A DNA stretch of 46,575 bases from positions 1 to 46,575 of the forward strand of contig JABFRE010000091.1 of the NCBI GenBank assembly GCA_013141325.1, given 5' to 3'. Shown piece after piece: positions 18,473 through 28,768 of the stretch; position 1 is the first letter of the stretch; every line of letters starts with the position of its first letter. The stretch comes from Novosphingobium sp. (GTDB lineage: Bacteria > Pseudomonadota > Alphaproteobacteria > Sphingomonadales > Sphingomonadaceae). Both the position numbers and the translations under genes were made by a program. The notes under the pieces are model-generated. The model saw nothing but the letters and a program-made list of their open reading frames with translations, made no database searches and was not told the origin of the DNA.

Positions 18473-20443
18473 TCACTTCGTCCAGACCCGAACCCGGCCC
18501 TGCGGCACGAGATAGAGTGCATCACCCGGCTTCACGCCAAAGGCGGCGTACCAGGCGTCCAGATTCCTGACAGCCTCGGCCCTGGCGCGTGGTGGAAGAT
18601 GGCCATCACTCTCGACATAGCGGCGCAGCGCCGCATCGCTCTGGACCCTGCGCCAGCGGCGTGCGAAGGCAATGAAGAACCGCTGATCGCCCGACAGGCC
18701 GTCGATCACCGAATCCTCACGCCCGTTGAGCGAGCGGCGATAGGCAGCGTAGGACACTTCCAGCCCCACCAGATCGGCGCTGCTTTCCCCCAGCACCTGC
18801 TCGCCGCGCAGGCAGGAACCGGGCAGCGGACAGTTCCGCCCGATCTGCACCGCCAGCGCCCGGCCCGCCGCCGTGTACCGCGCCTGATCGTAGGCACTCC
18901 ACCAATGGACCAGGCGCCCGGCGGAGTCATAGTCATTGCCGACCGGATCGAAACTGTGGCTGACCTCGTGCGCCAGCCCGGCCCCGGCCGAGCCGAAGTT
19001 GGCCGCCGTATCGCCGTGCGGATCGAAATAGGGCGGCTGCAGCAACCCCGCCGAAAACTGCATCGCGTTGGGGCTCAGCGTCAAGATCGCACCCACCGCT
19101 TCGGGCGCCATCGCCCACTCGCCGGGATCGACCGGCCGGCCCAGCTTGGCCAGCGCGCGGCGGTAGGCCAGTCGCTCCGCCCGCTGGAGATTGCCCAGCG
19201 CATCGCCGCGAACCACATTCAGCGCGGAATAGGTCGCCCAGCTATCGGGATAGCCGACGCCGATTTGCAGCGCCGCAAGCTTGGCCAGCGCCCTGACCCG
19301 GGTTTCGTCCCCCATCCACGCAGTTTGCGCCAGGCGATCGGCAAAGGCCGTGCGGATCGATTCCACCATGACCTGCGCGGAGGCCTTGGCGGTGGGCTGG
19401 AAGTACCGCGCCGCATAGGCGCGGCCCACCACATCGGGCATGGCCCGCCGGGTCCGTTCAACTGCCACCGCCGCCCGGTCTCCCGGTTCAGCTCCGGTCA
19501 CGCTGCCGGGCAATGCATCGGCATGGTGCGCGATCAGCCGCACGGTCAGGTAATCGCGCCACGGCTCCAGCGGCGCTTCCGCAACCAGCTGCGCCAGCCC
19601 GGCGACCATGCCGGGCTGCCAGACGACAAAGCGGTCGTTGGCGGCAAGCCCCGCCGCGGTAAGGAAGGCCTGCCAGTCCATGCCCGCGGCACGAACGGAA
19701 AAATCCCGGCGCGACCAGGCGTTGTCGGTCTTGTGGACGTCGGCCGAATCCGCCGCTGATGCGTGCACCGCTGCAATCCGCCCCTCAAACGCGACAACCG
19801 CCTGGGCCCGCGCCGCCGGATCGGAGTGTCCGGCGGCCTGCAGGACGGCGGCGATCCGCCGAGCATAGGCGGCGCGACGTTCCAGCGCGGCCGGGCCGGT
19901 GTCAGCATAGTCCGCCCGGTCCAGCCCGAGCCCGCCCTGGATCAGGTGCACCGCATAGCGATCCGCGTCGTGGAACCCCTGGTGAACCCAGATCCCCAGC
20001 GGCGCATCGACCTGCTGTCCCGACCCGTCATCCAGGCTGAGATGCGCGCCAAGCCACGCCGCGAGCTGCCGTCGCTCGGCGATGCGTGCGATCGCCGCCA
20101 GATCGCCCTGCAGCGGCGCAAGGCCCAGCCGCTCGATCCGCGCGGTGTCCAGCAAGGAGGCATGAAAGAGGCCGGCCTTGCGCTCGTCCGCCGAGGCCGG
20201 CCGCGCCGAAAACCCTGCGATCAGTTCGCGCACGCGGGTCTTGTTGCGCTCGATCAGCACGGCGGTGGTCCCGGAGTTATCGGGCAGCCCGGCTTGCTCC
20301 TGCTCGGCAAGCCAGCGCGCGTTGGCGTAGCCGTAGAAGTCGTCTCCCGGGCGGATTGCCGTTTCGACGGCATCGGGGGCGGCGGCGAGCGGACCGGGCA
20401 CGGCCAGCAGCAGAATGGCAACAGTCAGCGGCAGCAAGCGCAT
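18473..20443 (-). CDS. M13 (neprilysin/PepO) family metallopeptidase, secreted
   Basis: Signal peptide; PGDDFYGYAN, IGVGYPD, HEVSH zinc motif, GESSAD, DQRFFIAF; GGAGA RBS before ATG 20443. Confidence 0.92.
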   Translation of the reverse strand: MRLLPLTVAILLLAVPGPLAAAPDAVETAIRPGDDFYGYANARWLAEQEQAGLPDNSGTTAVLIERNKTRVRELIAGFSARPASADERKAGLFHASLLDTARIERLGLAPLQGDLAAIARIAERRQLAAWLGAHLSLDDGSGQQVDAPLGIWVHQGFHDADRYAVHLIQGGLGLDRADYADTGPAALERRAAYARRIAAVLQAAGHSDPAARAQAVVAFEGRIAAVHASAADSADVHKTDNAWSRRDFSVRAAGMDWQAFLTAAGLAANDRFVVWQPGMVAGLAQLVAEAPLEPWRDYLTVRLIAHHADALPGSVTGAEPGDRAAVAVERTRRAMPDVVGRAYAARYFQPTAKASAQVMVESIRTAFADRLAQTAWMGDETRVRALAKLAALQIGVGYPDSWATYSALNVVRGDALGNLQRAERLAYRRALAKLGRPVDPGEWAMAPEAVGAILTLSPNAMQFSAGLLQPPYFDPHGDTAANFGSAGAGLAHEVSHSFDPVGNDYDSAGRLVHWWSAYDQARYTAAGRALAVQIGRNCPLPGSCLRGEQVLGESSADLVGLEVSYAAYRRSLNGREDSVIDGLSGDQRFFIAFARRWRRVQSDAALRRYVESDGHLPPRARAEAVRNLDAWYAAFGVKPGDALYLVPQGRVRVWTK

Positions 20444-20457
20444 GGTTCGGTCTCCGG

Positions 20458-21012
20458 TCAATTGAGCAGAAGGGCCTGTTCGGTGCGAATGACCTCCGCG
20501 AATTCTGCCATCAGGGTCGCCACATGCGCGGTGTGCAGCCGCGCCGCGTCCACATGGCCGCCGCTGAAGGTGCGCAGCGCGAAGCAGGCGCAGGCGTCTT
20601 CGATCAGGGTCACGGCAAAGCCCAGATTGCTAGCCATCCGGACCGTGGTTGAAACACACTGATCGGTTGTCAGCCCGAACACGACTAGGCGGGTGATCCC
20701 GGCGCGGCGCAGGCGCTGCTCCAGATCGGTGCCGATGAACGCGCTGTTGACCCGCTTGGTAATCAGCCATTCCCCCGCCAGCGGGGCGAAGCCGGGCTTG
20801 AAGGCATTGCCCGGGCTACCGGGGGCCAGGGGTGAACCGGGCTCGGTCGAATCGTGGCGTACCAGGATCACCGGCCAGCCCAGCTTGCGCCAGCGTTCGA
20901 GCAGCCGCAGGCCGTTGCCCTCGGCTGCGGGATTGTTGCGCGCGCCCCATCGGGGCGCATCGAAGCCGGTCTGCATATCGACCGCCAACAAGGCGGGTCG
21001 GGGATCGCTCAC
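20458..21012 (-). CDS. Isochorismatase-family cysteine hydrolase
   Basis: Catalytic D (VDMQ), K (ITKRVNSAF) and C (TDQCV). The start is either GTG 21012 or TTG 21036. Confidence 0.9.
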   Translation of the reverse strand: MSDPRPALLAVDMQTGFDAPRWGARNNPAAEGNGLRLLERWRKLGWPVILVRHDSTEPGSPLAPGSPGNAFKPGFAPLAGEWLITKRVNSAFIGTDLEQRLRRAGITRLVVFGLTTDQCVSTTVRMASNLGFAVTLIEDACACFALRTFSGGHVDAARLHTAHVATLMAEFAEVIRTEQALLLN

Positions 21013-21142
21013 GGTGGTTTGTCCGGCTGGTTTCAAGCCATGAAACTAGCCGGGTCGGGGGCACTCCGGCGATGCGCATTTCGTCCAAACTGTAGGCGAA
21101 ATGACCAAAGATGCCCGACCGGGCGGACAATCCGCGCTGCGC

Positions 21143-22342
21143 TCAGCGCTCCAGCGCGGTAACTCCGGGCAGTTCCTTGCCTTCCATCCATTCGAGGAAC
21201 GCGCCGCCTGCGGTCGAGACGTAGGAGAAACTGTCCGCCACCCCGGCATGGTTGAGCGCGGCGACGGTATCGCCGCCGCCCGCCACCGATACCAGCGCGC
21301 CTTCGGCAGTCAGCGCCGCCGCGCTGCGGGCCAGGGCCACCGTGGCGGTATCGAACGGTGCGATCTCGAACGCGCCCAGCGGACCGTTCCAGACCAGGGT
21401 ACGGCAGGTCTTGAGCACGTCGGCCAGCGCCTCGGTCGCCTGGGGCCCGACGTCGAGGATCATCTCGTCCGCCGCCACTTCGTGGACGTTGCAGGTGCGC
21501 AGCGACGGCGGATTGGCGGCAAATTCCTTTGCCACCACGACGTCGTAGGGCAGATGGACGGTGCAACCCGCCGCGTCGGCGGCGTCAAGGATCTGCTCGC
21601 AGGTTGCCGCCAGTTCGTGCTCGCACAGCGACTTGCCGACATTGACGCCGCGCGCCGCGAGGAAGGTGTTGGCCATGCCCCCGCCGATGATCAGGTGATC
21701 GACCTTGGTGACCAGGTGGGTAAGCACGTCGAGCTTGGACGAGACCTTGGCCCCGCCGACCACGGCCGCCACCGGCGTGGCCGGATTGCCCAGCGCCTTG
21801 TCCAGCGCCGTGAGCTCTGCCTCCATCGCGCGCCCGGCATAGGCGGGCAGCAGATGGGCCAGCGCTTCGGTGCTGGCGTGGGCGCGGTGCGCGGCGGAAA
21901 AGGCATCGTTGACGTAAAGTTCGGCATTGGCGGCGATGGCCTTGGCAAAGGCGGGATCGTTGGCTTCCTCGCCCTTCCAGAACCGGGTGTTCTCGAGCAG
22001 GGCAATGTCGCCCGCCTGAAGGATGCCCACCGCCTGTTCGACCACCGGCCCGGCCACTTCGGGCACGAACATCACTTCCTCGCCCAGCACGGCTTGCAGC
22101 GCATCGAGCGTCATCGAGACCGACATGGTTGAAACCCGCTCGCCCTTCGGCCGGCCGAAGTGCGCCAGCAGCAGCACCTTGGCGCCCTTGCCGGCCAGTT
22201 CGAGGATGGTTGGCGCAGAGGCGCGCACGCGCGTGTCATCGGTCACCGCCCCGTCCCGCATCGGCAGGTTGAGATCGACCCGCACCAGCGCGACCTTGCC
22301 GGCGATGTCACCGAGATCGTCGAGAGTCTTGAATTTGGTCAT
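21143..22342 (-). CDS. pgk: Phosphoglycerate kinase
   Basis: [36 protein letters not shown] and STAGGAFLE motifs. Confidence 0.97.
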   Translation of the reverse strand: MTKFKTLDDLGDIAGKVALVRVDLNLPMRDGAVTDDTRVRASAPTILELAGKGAKVLLLAHFGRPKGERVSTMSVSMTLDALQAVLGEEVMFVPEVAGPVVEQAVGILQAGDIALLENTRFWKGEEANDPAFAKAIAANAELYVNDAFSAAHRAHASTEALAHLLPAYAGRAMEAELTALDKALGNPATPVAAVVGGAKVSSKLDVLTHLVTKVDHLIIGGGMANTFLAARGVNVGKSLCEHELAATCEQILDAADAAGCTVHLPYDVVVAKEFAANPPSLRTCNVHEVAADEMILDVGPQATEALADVLKTCRTLVWNGPLGAFEIAPFDTATVALARSAAALTAEGALVSVAGGGDTVAALNHAGVADSFSYVSTAGGAFLEWMEGKELPGVTALER

Positions 22343-22382
22343 TGCACCCTCGGCAAGCTGCGGCGGCCCAATCACCCAAACC

Positions 22383-22473
22383 CGTCACCCTGAACTTGTT
22401 TCAGGGTCCATCTATCCCCACCGACCGCCGGTTCCGAAGGCGTGATGGATGCTGAAGCAAGTTCAGCATGACG
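22383..22473. repeat. CGTC-tagged REP-like inverted dimer
   Basis: Left arm CGTCACCCTGAACTTGTTTCAGGGTCCATC; the reverse complement of the right arm is CGTCATGCTGAACTTGCTTCAGCATCCATC. Each arm has its own internal hairpin. Confidence 0.85.
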
Positions 22474-22497
22474 AGTATGGTCTTCTTTATCCCAATA

Positions 22498-23508
22498 TTA
22501 CAGCAGCTTCCCCATCGCCCCGGCGGTATCGACCATCCGGTTGGAGAAACCCCATTCGTTGTCGTACCAGCTGAGCACGCGGACCAGCTTGCCGTCGATC
22601 ACTGCGGTTTCCAGACTGTCGATCGTGCTGGAATTGACGCAGCCGTTGTAGTCGATCGAGACCAGCGGTTCATCCGAAAAGCCCAGGATACCCTTGAGCG
22701 GGCCTGAGTCCGCAGCCGCTTTCAGCAGCGCGTTGACTTCGTCCTTGGTGGTATCGCGCTTCGGCTGGAAGGTCAGGTCGACCACCGAGACGTTGGGAGT
22801 GGGCACGCGGATTGCCGACCCGTCCAGCTTGCCCTTCAGTTCGGGAAGAACCTCGCCCACGGCGCGGGCAGCGCCGGTGGTGGTGGGGATCATGCTCATC
22901 GCGGCGGCGCGGGCGCGGCGCGGATCGTCGTGGATCTGGTCGAGGATCTTCTGATCATTGGTATAGGCATGGACGGTAGTCATCAGCCCGCGCTCGATCC
23001 CGATCGCGTCGTTCAGCACCTTGGCGAAAGGCGCCAGGCAGTTGGTGGTGCACGACGCGTTGGAAACGATGGTGTGCGCCGCTTCCAGCTTGTCATGGTT
23101 GACGCCGTAGACCACGGTCAGGTCGACATTCTTTCCGGGGGCAGAGATCAGCACCTTCTTCGCGCCCGCCGCCAGATGCTTTTCGCAGCTGGCGCGGTCG
23201 GTGAAGAAGCCGGTGCATTCCAGCACGATGTCGATCCCCTGCGCGCCGTGCGGCAGATTCGCCGGATCGCGCTCGGCAGTCACGTGGATCCGCTTGCCGT
23301 TGATCACCAGATCGTTGCCATCGACCGCAACGGTGCCGCCGAACGGTCCGTGCACCGAATCGCGCTGAAACAGCATGGCGTTGGCCTTGGCCGAGGCGAG
23401 ATCGTTGATCGACACCAGTTCCAGATCATGGTCGGTGCGGGCCAGAATCGCCCGCGCGACATTGCGCCCGATGCGCCCGAAACCATTGATCGCAACCTTG
23501 ATCGCCAT
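22498..23508 (-). CDS. gap: Glyceraldehyde-3-phosphate dehydrogenase, type I
   Basis: [21 protein letters not shown] and WYDNEWGFS motifs. Confidence 0.98.
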   Translation of the reverse strand: MAIKVAINGFGRIGRNVARAILARTDHDLELVSINDLASAKANAMLFQRDSVHGPFGGTVAVDGNDLVINGKRIHVTAERDPANLPHGAQGIDIVLECTGFFTDRASCEKHLAAGAKKVLISAPGKNVDLTVVYGVNHDKLEAAHTIVSNASCTTNCLAPFAKVLNDAIGIERGLMTTVHAYTNDQKILDQIHDDPRRARAAAMSMIPTTTGAARAVGEVLPELKGKLDGSAIRVPTPNVSVVDLTFQPKRDTTKDEVNALLKAAADSGPLKGILGFSDEPLVSIDYNGCVNSSTIDSLETAVIDGKLVRVLSWYDNEWGFSNRMVDTAGAMGKLL

Positions 23509-23522
23509 GTGCGCTACTCCTG

Positions 23523-25496
23523 TTAGAGACCCAGCCGGGCCTTGATCTGGGGGACAATCTTGTCAGCCGTAAGGCCGAAATAATCGTAGAGTTGATCCGC
23601 CGGCGCCGAGGCGCCGAAGCTGTCGATGCCAATGGTCAGCCCGTCGCCGACATATTTCTGCCAGCCCAGCGTTACCCCGGCCTCGACCGAAACCTTGAGC
23701 ACACCGGCGGGAAGCACCTCGGCGCGATAGGCGGCGTCCTGCGCGTCGAACAGCTCCCAGCACGGCATCGAGACGACGTCCGCGCCGATGCCGTCCGCTT
23801 CGAGCGCTGCAGCGCTGGCCAGGGCGATCTCTACTTCGGAACCGCTCGCCACCAGCACCACCTGGCGCGCGGCAGCAGCGGTCTTGAGCCGGTAGGCGCC
23901 CTTGGCGGTCTTCATCTCCGCCTCGAAGCGCACTGGCGGCAGATTCTGCCGCGAAAGCGCCAGCACCGAGGGCCGGTCGGCCTGCTTGAGCGCCAGCGCC
24001 CAGCTTTCGGCGGTTTCAATCGCGTCGGCGGGGCGGAACACCAGCAAGTCCGGGATCGCCCGCAGGCTCATTACATGTTCGATCGGCTGATGGGTCGGAC
24101 CGTCTTCGCCCAGGCCGATGCTGTCGTGGGTGAGCACATAGACGACGCGGGCCTTCTGCAGCGCGGACATGCGGATCGCGTTGCGGCAATAGTCGGCGAA
24201 GACCAGGAAGGTCCCGCCATAGGGGATCACCCCGCCGTGCAGCGCCATGCCGTTCATCGCCGCCGCCATGCCGAATTCGCGGATCCCGTAGTGGACGTGG
24301 CGGCCGGAATAGTCGTCAGCACTGAACGGCAGCGTGGCCTTGGTCTTGGTCAGGTTCGAACCGGTCAAGTCGGCCGATCCGCCGACCAGTTCGGGGATCG
24401 CCACCGTCAGCGCTTCAAGCGCCATTTCGCTGGCCTTGCGGGTCGCCACCTTGGGCGGGTTGGCGACCAGACCGGCCAGATAATCGCGTGCGGCGCCCTT
24501 GTCTTCGGGAAGCTCGCCTGCCATCCGACGCGTGAATTCGGCAGCCTGCGGGCTGGCGGAAAGCCGCGCTTCCCATGCGGCACGGGCCGCCGCGCCCTTG
24601 CCTGCAAGCGAACGCCAGTCGACCAGGATATCGGCCGGTATTTCGAACGGCGCCGCTGTCCAGCCGAGCGCGGCGCGGGTGGCGGCCACTTCATCGGCCC
24701 CCAACGGGCTGCCGTGCACCGCATGACTGCCTGCCTTGTTGGGTGCGCCCTGCCCGATTACGGTTCTGCAGGCGACCAGCGAGGGCCGCGGATCGGCGAC
24801 GGCTTCGGCCAGCGCCCTGGCAATATCGGCAAAGTCGTGCCCGTCGCAGCGGGTCACGTGCCAGCCGCTGGCCGCATAGCGCGCTGCGACATCCTCGCAG
24901 GTCGACAGGCTGGTATCGCCGTCGATGGTGATGTGATTGTCATCCCACAACACGTTGAGCCCGCCCAGCTTCAGGGTGCCGGCCAGACCGACCGCTTCGT
25001 GGTTGACGCCTTCCATCAGGCAGCCATCGCCCGCAATCACCCAGGTCTTGTGATCGACCAGATCGCTGCCGAACACGGCATTCAGATGGCGTTCGGCAAT
25101 GGCCATGCCGACCGCCGTGGCCAGGCCCTGCCCCAGCGGACCGGTGGTGCATTCCACCCCGTCCAGCTCGGTATTTTCCGGATGTCCGGCGCAGACCGAG
25201 TGGAGCTGGCGGAAATTGCGGATATCCGCCATCGTCGGGCGGTCGTACCCGGTCAGATGAAGCAGCGAATAGAGCAACATCGAACCGTGCCCGGCCGACA
25301 GCACGAACCGGTCGCGATCGGGCCATTTCGGCGCGGCCGGATCGAACTTCAGGAACTGGCTGAACAGCACCGTGGCGACGTCGGCCATGCCCATCGGCAT
25401 ACCAGGGTGACCGGAATTGGCGGCCTGGACCGCGTCCATCGAAAGCGCGCGGATGGCATTGGCCATGGGCGTCAGGCGGGACGAGTCGAGGCTCAT
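23523..25496 (-). CDS. tkt: Transketolase
   Basis: [41 protein letters not shown]; start ATG 25496 with GGAG RBS. Confidence 0.97.
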   Translation of the reverse strand: MSLDSSRLTPMANAIRALSMDAVQAANSGHPGMPMGMADVATVLFSQFLKFDPAAPKWPDRDRFVLSAGHGSMLLYSLLHLTGYDRPTMADIRNFRQLHSVCAGHPENTELDGVECTTGPLGQGLATAVGMAIAERHLNAVFGSDLVDHKTWVIAGDGCLMEGVNHEAVGLAGTLKLGGLNVLWDDNHITIDGDTSLSTCEDVAARYAASGWHVTRCDGHDFADIARALAEAVADPRPSLVACRTVIGQGAPNKAGSHAVHGSPLGADEVAATRAALGWTAAPFEIPADILVDWRSLAGKGAAARAAWEARLSASPQAAEFTRRMAGELPEDKGAARDYLAGLVANPPKVATRKASEMALEALTVAIPELVGGSADLTGSNLTKTKATLPFSADDYSGRHVHYGIREFGMAAAMNGMALHGGVIPYGGTFLVFADYCRNAIRMSALQKARVVYVLTHDSIGLGEDGPTHQPIEHVMSLRAIPDLLVFRPADAIETAESWALALKQADRPSVLALSRQNLPPVRFEAEMKTAKGAYRLKTAAAARQVVLVASGSEVEIALASAAALEADGIGADVVSMPCWELFDAQDAAYRAEVLPAGVLKVSVEAGVTLGWQKYVGDGLTIGIDSFGASAPADQLYDYFGLTADKIVPQIKARLGL

Positions 25497-25666
25497 GAAC
25501 GGCGGCTCCCGGTATATCGCTGGATGTGCGCCGAGTCGGCGCGCGGCCTCCTTTGCGGAGGCTCCGCGCCCCGTCAAGCACGCCTCGTCGCGCCCAGCCT
25601 TCCAAACAGTGGGAAAAGCGCAGCGCAACGCTTTGCACTGGCGCAATTTTGCGCTAGCCACGGAAT

Positions 25667-25867
25667 ATGGATGGGGATCGCACCGCCCGCGCAAAGGCGC
25701 GGATCGAAGCGGCGCTCGCCCGGATCGAGGCGGCGGCGCAAACGGCTGGAAGCAATTCCGGCTCTGACGGACTGGGACAGCTTCAGGCCCGGCATGACCG
25801 GTTGCGTGCCGCCGTTCAGGATTCGCTGGCCCAGCTCGACCAGCTGATCGAAGGGGCCCAGGGATGA
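25667..25867 (+). CDS. Small coiled-coil protein upstream of zapA (ZauP-like)
   Basis: 66-aa heptad-rich protein with an ATGA overlap with zapA; occupies the position of Caulobacter zauP. Confidence 0.75.
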   Translation: MDGDRTARAKARIEAALARIEAAAQTAGSNSGSDGLGQLQARHDRLRAAVQDSLAQLDQLIEGAQG

Positions 25868-26163
25868 GCAACATCACGCTCCAGATCGGCGGCCGCGCCT
25901 ACACCGTCGCCTGCGCAGAGGGCGAGGAAGCTCACGTTTCCGCACTGGGCCGCTCGATTGCCGACAAGGTCGAGCAGATGGGCGGCGGCCACAGCGAAGC
26001 GCGCCAACTGCTGTTTGCCGCGCTGCTGCTGGCCGACGAACTCCACGAGGCGCGGGGCCGCCCGGGCGCACCTGCCGCTGCTGCATCGTCCGAATCCGGC
26101 GCCGCAACGCTGGAGGCCGTGGCCGAACGGCTTGAAAAGATCGCCTCGGCCCTTGAGGGTTAG
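25864..26163 (+). CDS. zapA: Cell division protein ZapA
   Basis: [28 protein letters not shown]; upstream of ssrS-ygfA. Confidence 0.92.
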   Translation: MSNITLQIGGRAYTVACAEGEEAHVSALGRSIADKVEQMGGGHSEARQLLFAALLLADELHEARGRPGAPAAAASSESGAATLEAVAERLEKIASALEG

Positions 26164-26181
26164 GCCGCGAGGCCCTACATG
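26152..26181 (+). promoter_or_regulatory. Promoter of 6S RNA (overlapping RpoH-like and sigma70-like elements)
   Basis: CTTGAG-N16-CCTACAT, which can also be read as TTGAGG-N17-TACATG, ending 5-6 nt before the predicted RNA 5' end. Confidence 0.55.
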
Positions 26182-26186
26182 GGGCG

Positions 26187-26347
26187 GTGACGGGTACTGC
26201 CCGGTGCGAGCCTTCGAAAATCCCTGAGGCTATAAGCAAATCCATGGGGGCTGTCCCTGGTTGGACCCTGGTCCGGCACACACGGTTCCCACCTGACGTG
26301 AACGCGTCAGAGGATTTCCTGGCAACGGCCCATGGTGGTCCCGTCAC
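26187..26347 (+). ncRNA. ssrS: 6S RNA
   Basis: The ends GTGACGGG and CCCGTCAC pair to close a rod of about 160 nt; TCCCTG internal motifs; canonical zapA-ssrS-ygfA synteny. Confidence 0.88.
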
Positions 26348-26374
26348 TTTTCCGCCGCGGCACGAGGCTCTTTG

Positions 26375-26947
26375 GTGACCGAAAAACAGGCCCTGCGCGC
26401 CGCATTGCGCCGCCGCCGAACCGATCACGATGCCGCGATCCCCGCTTCGCAGCGCGCGCTGCTGTTCCTGCGCCCGCCTGCTCCCCTGCTGGATCTTGTG
26501 CCCGATGGCGCGGCGATCGGAGTCTACCATCCGGTCCCGGGCGAAGCATCGCCGTTGGGCTATGCCCGCTGGTTCGCCGAACGCGGCCACCCTGTTGCCC
26601 TGCCCTGGTTTGCGGCGCGCGGGGCAGCGATGCAGTTCCGCATCTGGACCAATCCCTTTGACGATGAGGGGCTGGTCAAGGCGCCCTACGGCGGTCTCCA
26701 GCCAGCCGCGTCCGAACCCGATGCGACGCCCGCCGTGCTGATCGTACCACTGTTGGGCTTCACCGCGACGGGGCAGCGGCTGGGCCAGGGCGGCGGCCAC
26801 TATGACCGCTATCTCGCGCATCACTCTGCGGTGGTGGCAATCGGGATCGCCTGGGATTGCCAGCTGGAGGCCCAGCTGCCGAGCGAGCCCCATGACATGC
26901 CGCTGCGCGCAGTGGTCACCCCTACCCGCTTTTACGGACCGTTTTGA
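26375..26947 (+). CDS. ygfA: 5-formyltetrahydrofolate cyclo-ligase
   Basis: KQALRA, LIVPLLGF, RLGQGGGHYDRYL and EPHD motifs. Confidence 0.93.
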   Translation: MTEKQALRAALRRRRTDHDAAIPASQRALLFLRPPAPLLDLVPDGAAIGVYHPVPGEASPLGYARWFAERGHPVALPWFAARGAAMQFRIWTNPFDDEGLVKAPYGGLQPAASEPDATPAVLIVPLLGFTATGQRLGQGGGHYDRYLAHHSAVVAIGIAWDCQLEAQLPSEPHDMPLRAVVTPTRFYGPF

Positions 26948-27162
26948 TGCGCACCGAACCAACCTGGCGAATTCCCTTCGGCGTGCTCGCCCTGCTGACC
27001 GCCTTGCTGGTCTATGGCGGAGCCGTAGCGCGCATCGTTCCGCCGCTGATGAGCGGCTGGCCCGTGCTGGCGCAGCTACCGGTCTATGCCCTGCTGGGCG
27101 TGGTGTGGTTGCTGCCGCTGAAGCGCTTTCTGATCTGGATGGAAACCGGCCGCTGGGGCTGA
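26947..27162 (+). CDS. DUF2842-type small membrane protein
   Basis: TGATG coupling to ygfA; two TM segments; WLLPLKRFLIWMETGRW. Confidence 0.8.
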   Translation: MRTEPTWRIPFGVLALLTALLVYGGAVARIVPPLMSGWPVLAQLPVYALLGVVWLLPLKRFLIWMETGRWG

Positions 27163-27612
27163 CTAGAGAGTAGCGGCACGCGCCAGATCCTTGGGCCGCC
27201 CGAAGCGCAGCAACATGGCCTTCAACTCCTCGCGCTCGGGCACGTAAAGCACCGCACCGTCGATGTTGACGGCCTGCCGGGTCTCCGGCTGGACCGGGTT
27301 CCAGATCCCATCGGTGCACACCGCGAACCCGGCAAACAGCTCGACCGGCAGCGGCGCGCCGTTCCAGCTGCCGAACCAGTCCGAGCGAAACAGCGCGGTG
27401 TGCTGCCCCGGATCAAGCGCCAGCCCCAGGGCCGCAAACACCGGCCCTGCGTCGCGCGGATCGAGAAGGACATCGACATCGCCGACCGCCCCCGGATCGC
27501 GCCCATGCAGTGCGACGGCCGCGCTGGAGATGATCCACCAGTCATGCCGGGCGGCAGCCAGCACACGGGCCACGGCAACCAGCGTCCGGCGAAGAGGATC
27601 GGCGATTTTCAC
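27163..27612 (-). CDS. Standalone nucleotidyltransferase-fold protein
   Basis: GTG start 27612; WWIISSAAVALHG...GDVDVLL (DxD), VELF and C-terminal GRPKD. Confidence 0.72.
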   Translation of the reverse strand: MKIADPLRRTLVAVARVLAAARHDWWIISSAAVALHGRDPGAVGDVDVLLDPRDAGPVFAALGLALDPGQHTALFRSDWFGSWNGAPLPVELFAGFAVCTDGIWNPVQPETRQAVNIDGAVLYVPEREELKAMLLRFGRPKDLARAATL

Positions 27613-27677
27613 AGGTCCCGCTTGCCGCAACCGCGCGGCGCAGGCAACCTGCGCGCGAACCAAGGGGAGACCGGCCA

Positions 27678-28754
27678 ATGAAGCGCAAACTGGGACTGCT
27701 GCTCGCGGTGATCGCATTGCTGGTCGGCGGCGCCATGCTGTTCGCCCGTCAGCAGCTGGCGCAGCGCCTGTTCGACCGGGCGCTCGACACCAGCGTCGGC
27801 ATCGATCAATCGGCGGCGTTGGGGGACGGGCTCCACGCCTATGTCTGCGGGTCCGGCTCGCCGATGCCCGACGCCAGCCGCGCCGGGCCGTGCATAGCGG
27901 TGCTGGCCGGAAACCAGGCCTTCGTGTTCGATGCCGGCTCCGGCTCAATCCGCAAGCTGATGCGGATGGGCTTTCCGATGCCCAGGTTGCAGGCCGCGTT
28001 CCTGACCCACCTGCATTCCGACCATATCGACGGCCTGGGCGAACTGATGCTGCAAGCCTGGGTGGGCGGCCACCGCACAGCGCCGCTGCCGATCTACGGC
28101 CCGGCCGGGACCGATCAGGTGGTCGGCGGGTTCAACGCCGCCTACCAGCTCGATAGGGGCTACCGCATTGCGCACCACGGGCCGCAGGTGGTTCCGCCCG
28201 GCGGCTTTGGCGGCGCGCCGACGCTCATCGCCCTGCCCGATGGCACCGGCAGTCAGGTTGCCTACGATCGGGATGGCGTGCAGATCACCGTTATCCGGGT
28301 CAACCATGCCCCGATCGCCCCGGCTTTCGGATACCGGATCGACTACAAGGGCCGCTCGATCGCGCTGTCGGGCGATACGGTCTATTCGCCCGGCTTCGTC
28401 GCTGCGGCGAAGGGCGCCGATCTGATGTTCCACGAAGCACTCAACAAGCCGATGGTCGCCGCCTTGGGCAAGAAGCTCGCCGAACGCGGGCAGGCGAACA
28501 CCGCGCAAATCATGACCGACATCCAGAATTACCACGCCAGCCCCGAAGACGCCGCACGCGCTGCGCGCGAGGCCGGGGTCAAGGCGCTTGTGCTCTATCA
28601 TCTGGTCCCCGCGCCGCCGGCGCGGCTGATCGAACCGCTGTTCCTTGGCGACGCGCCAAAGCAGTTTTCCGGCACGCTGAAGCTGGCGAAGGACGGCATG
28701 CTGGTCAGCCTTCCCGCAGGCGGAAAGGACGTGAATTTCACCAGTGCTTTCTAG
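27678..28754 (+). CDS. MBL-fold metallo-hydrolase (RNase Z/AtsA-like) with N-terminal signal or anchor
   Basis: CGSGSP, FDAG, THLHSDH, GYRIDY, SGDT, HEA and LYHL motifs. Confidence 0.9.
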   Translation: MKRKLGLLLAVIALLVGGAMLFARQQLAQRLFDRALDTSVGIDQSAALGDGLHAYVCGSGSPMPDASRAGPCIAVLAGNQAFVFDAGSGSIRKLMRMGFPMPRLQAAFLTHLHSDHIDGLGELMLQAWVGGHRTAPLPIYGPAGTDQVVGGFNAAYQLDRGYRIAHHGPQVVPPGGFGGAPTLIALPDGTGSQVAYDRDGVQITVIRVNHAPIAPAFGYRIDYKGRSIALSGDTVYSPGFVAAAKGADLMFHEALNKPMVAALGKKLAERGQANTAQIMTDIQNYHASPEDAARAAREAGVKALVLYHLVPAPPARLIEPLFLGDAPKQFSGTLKLAKDGMLVSLPAGGKDVNFTSAF

Positions 28755-28768
28755 GAGAAATCCCCAAG

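Noticed and set aside
25497-25877. Extended starts given by the ORF track for tkt (also NTase 27948, nadK 43170, recG 37566, pgk 22375)
   Set aside because: The extensions overlap neighbouring genes or promoters; downstream starts fit the family N-termini and RBSs.
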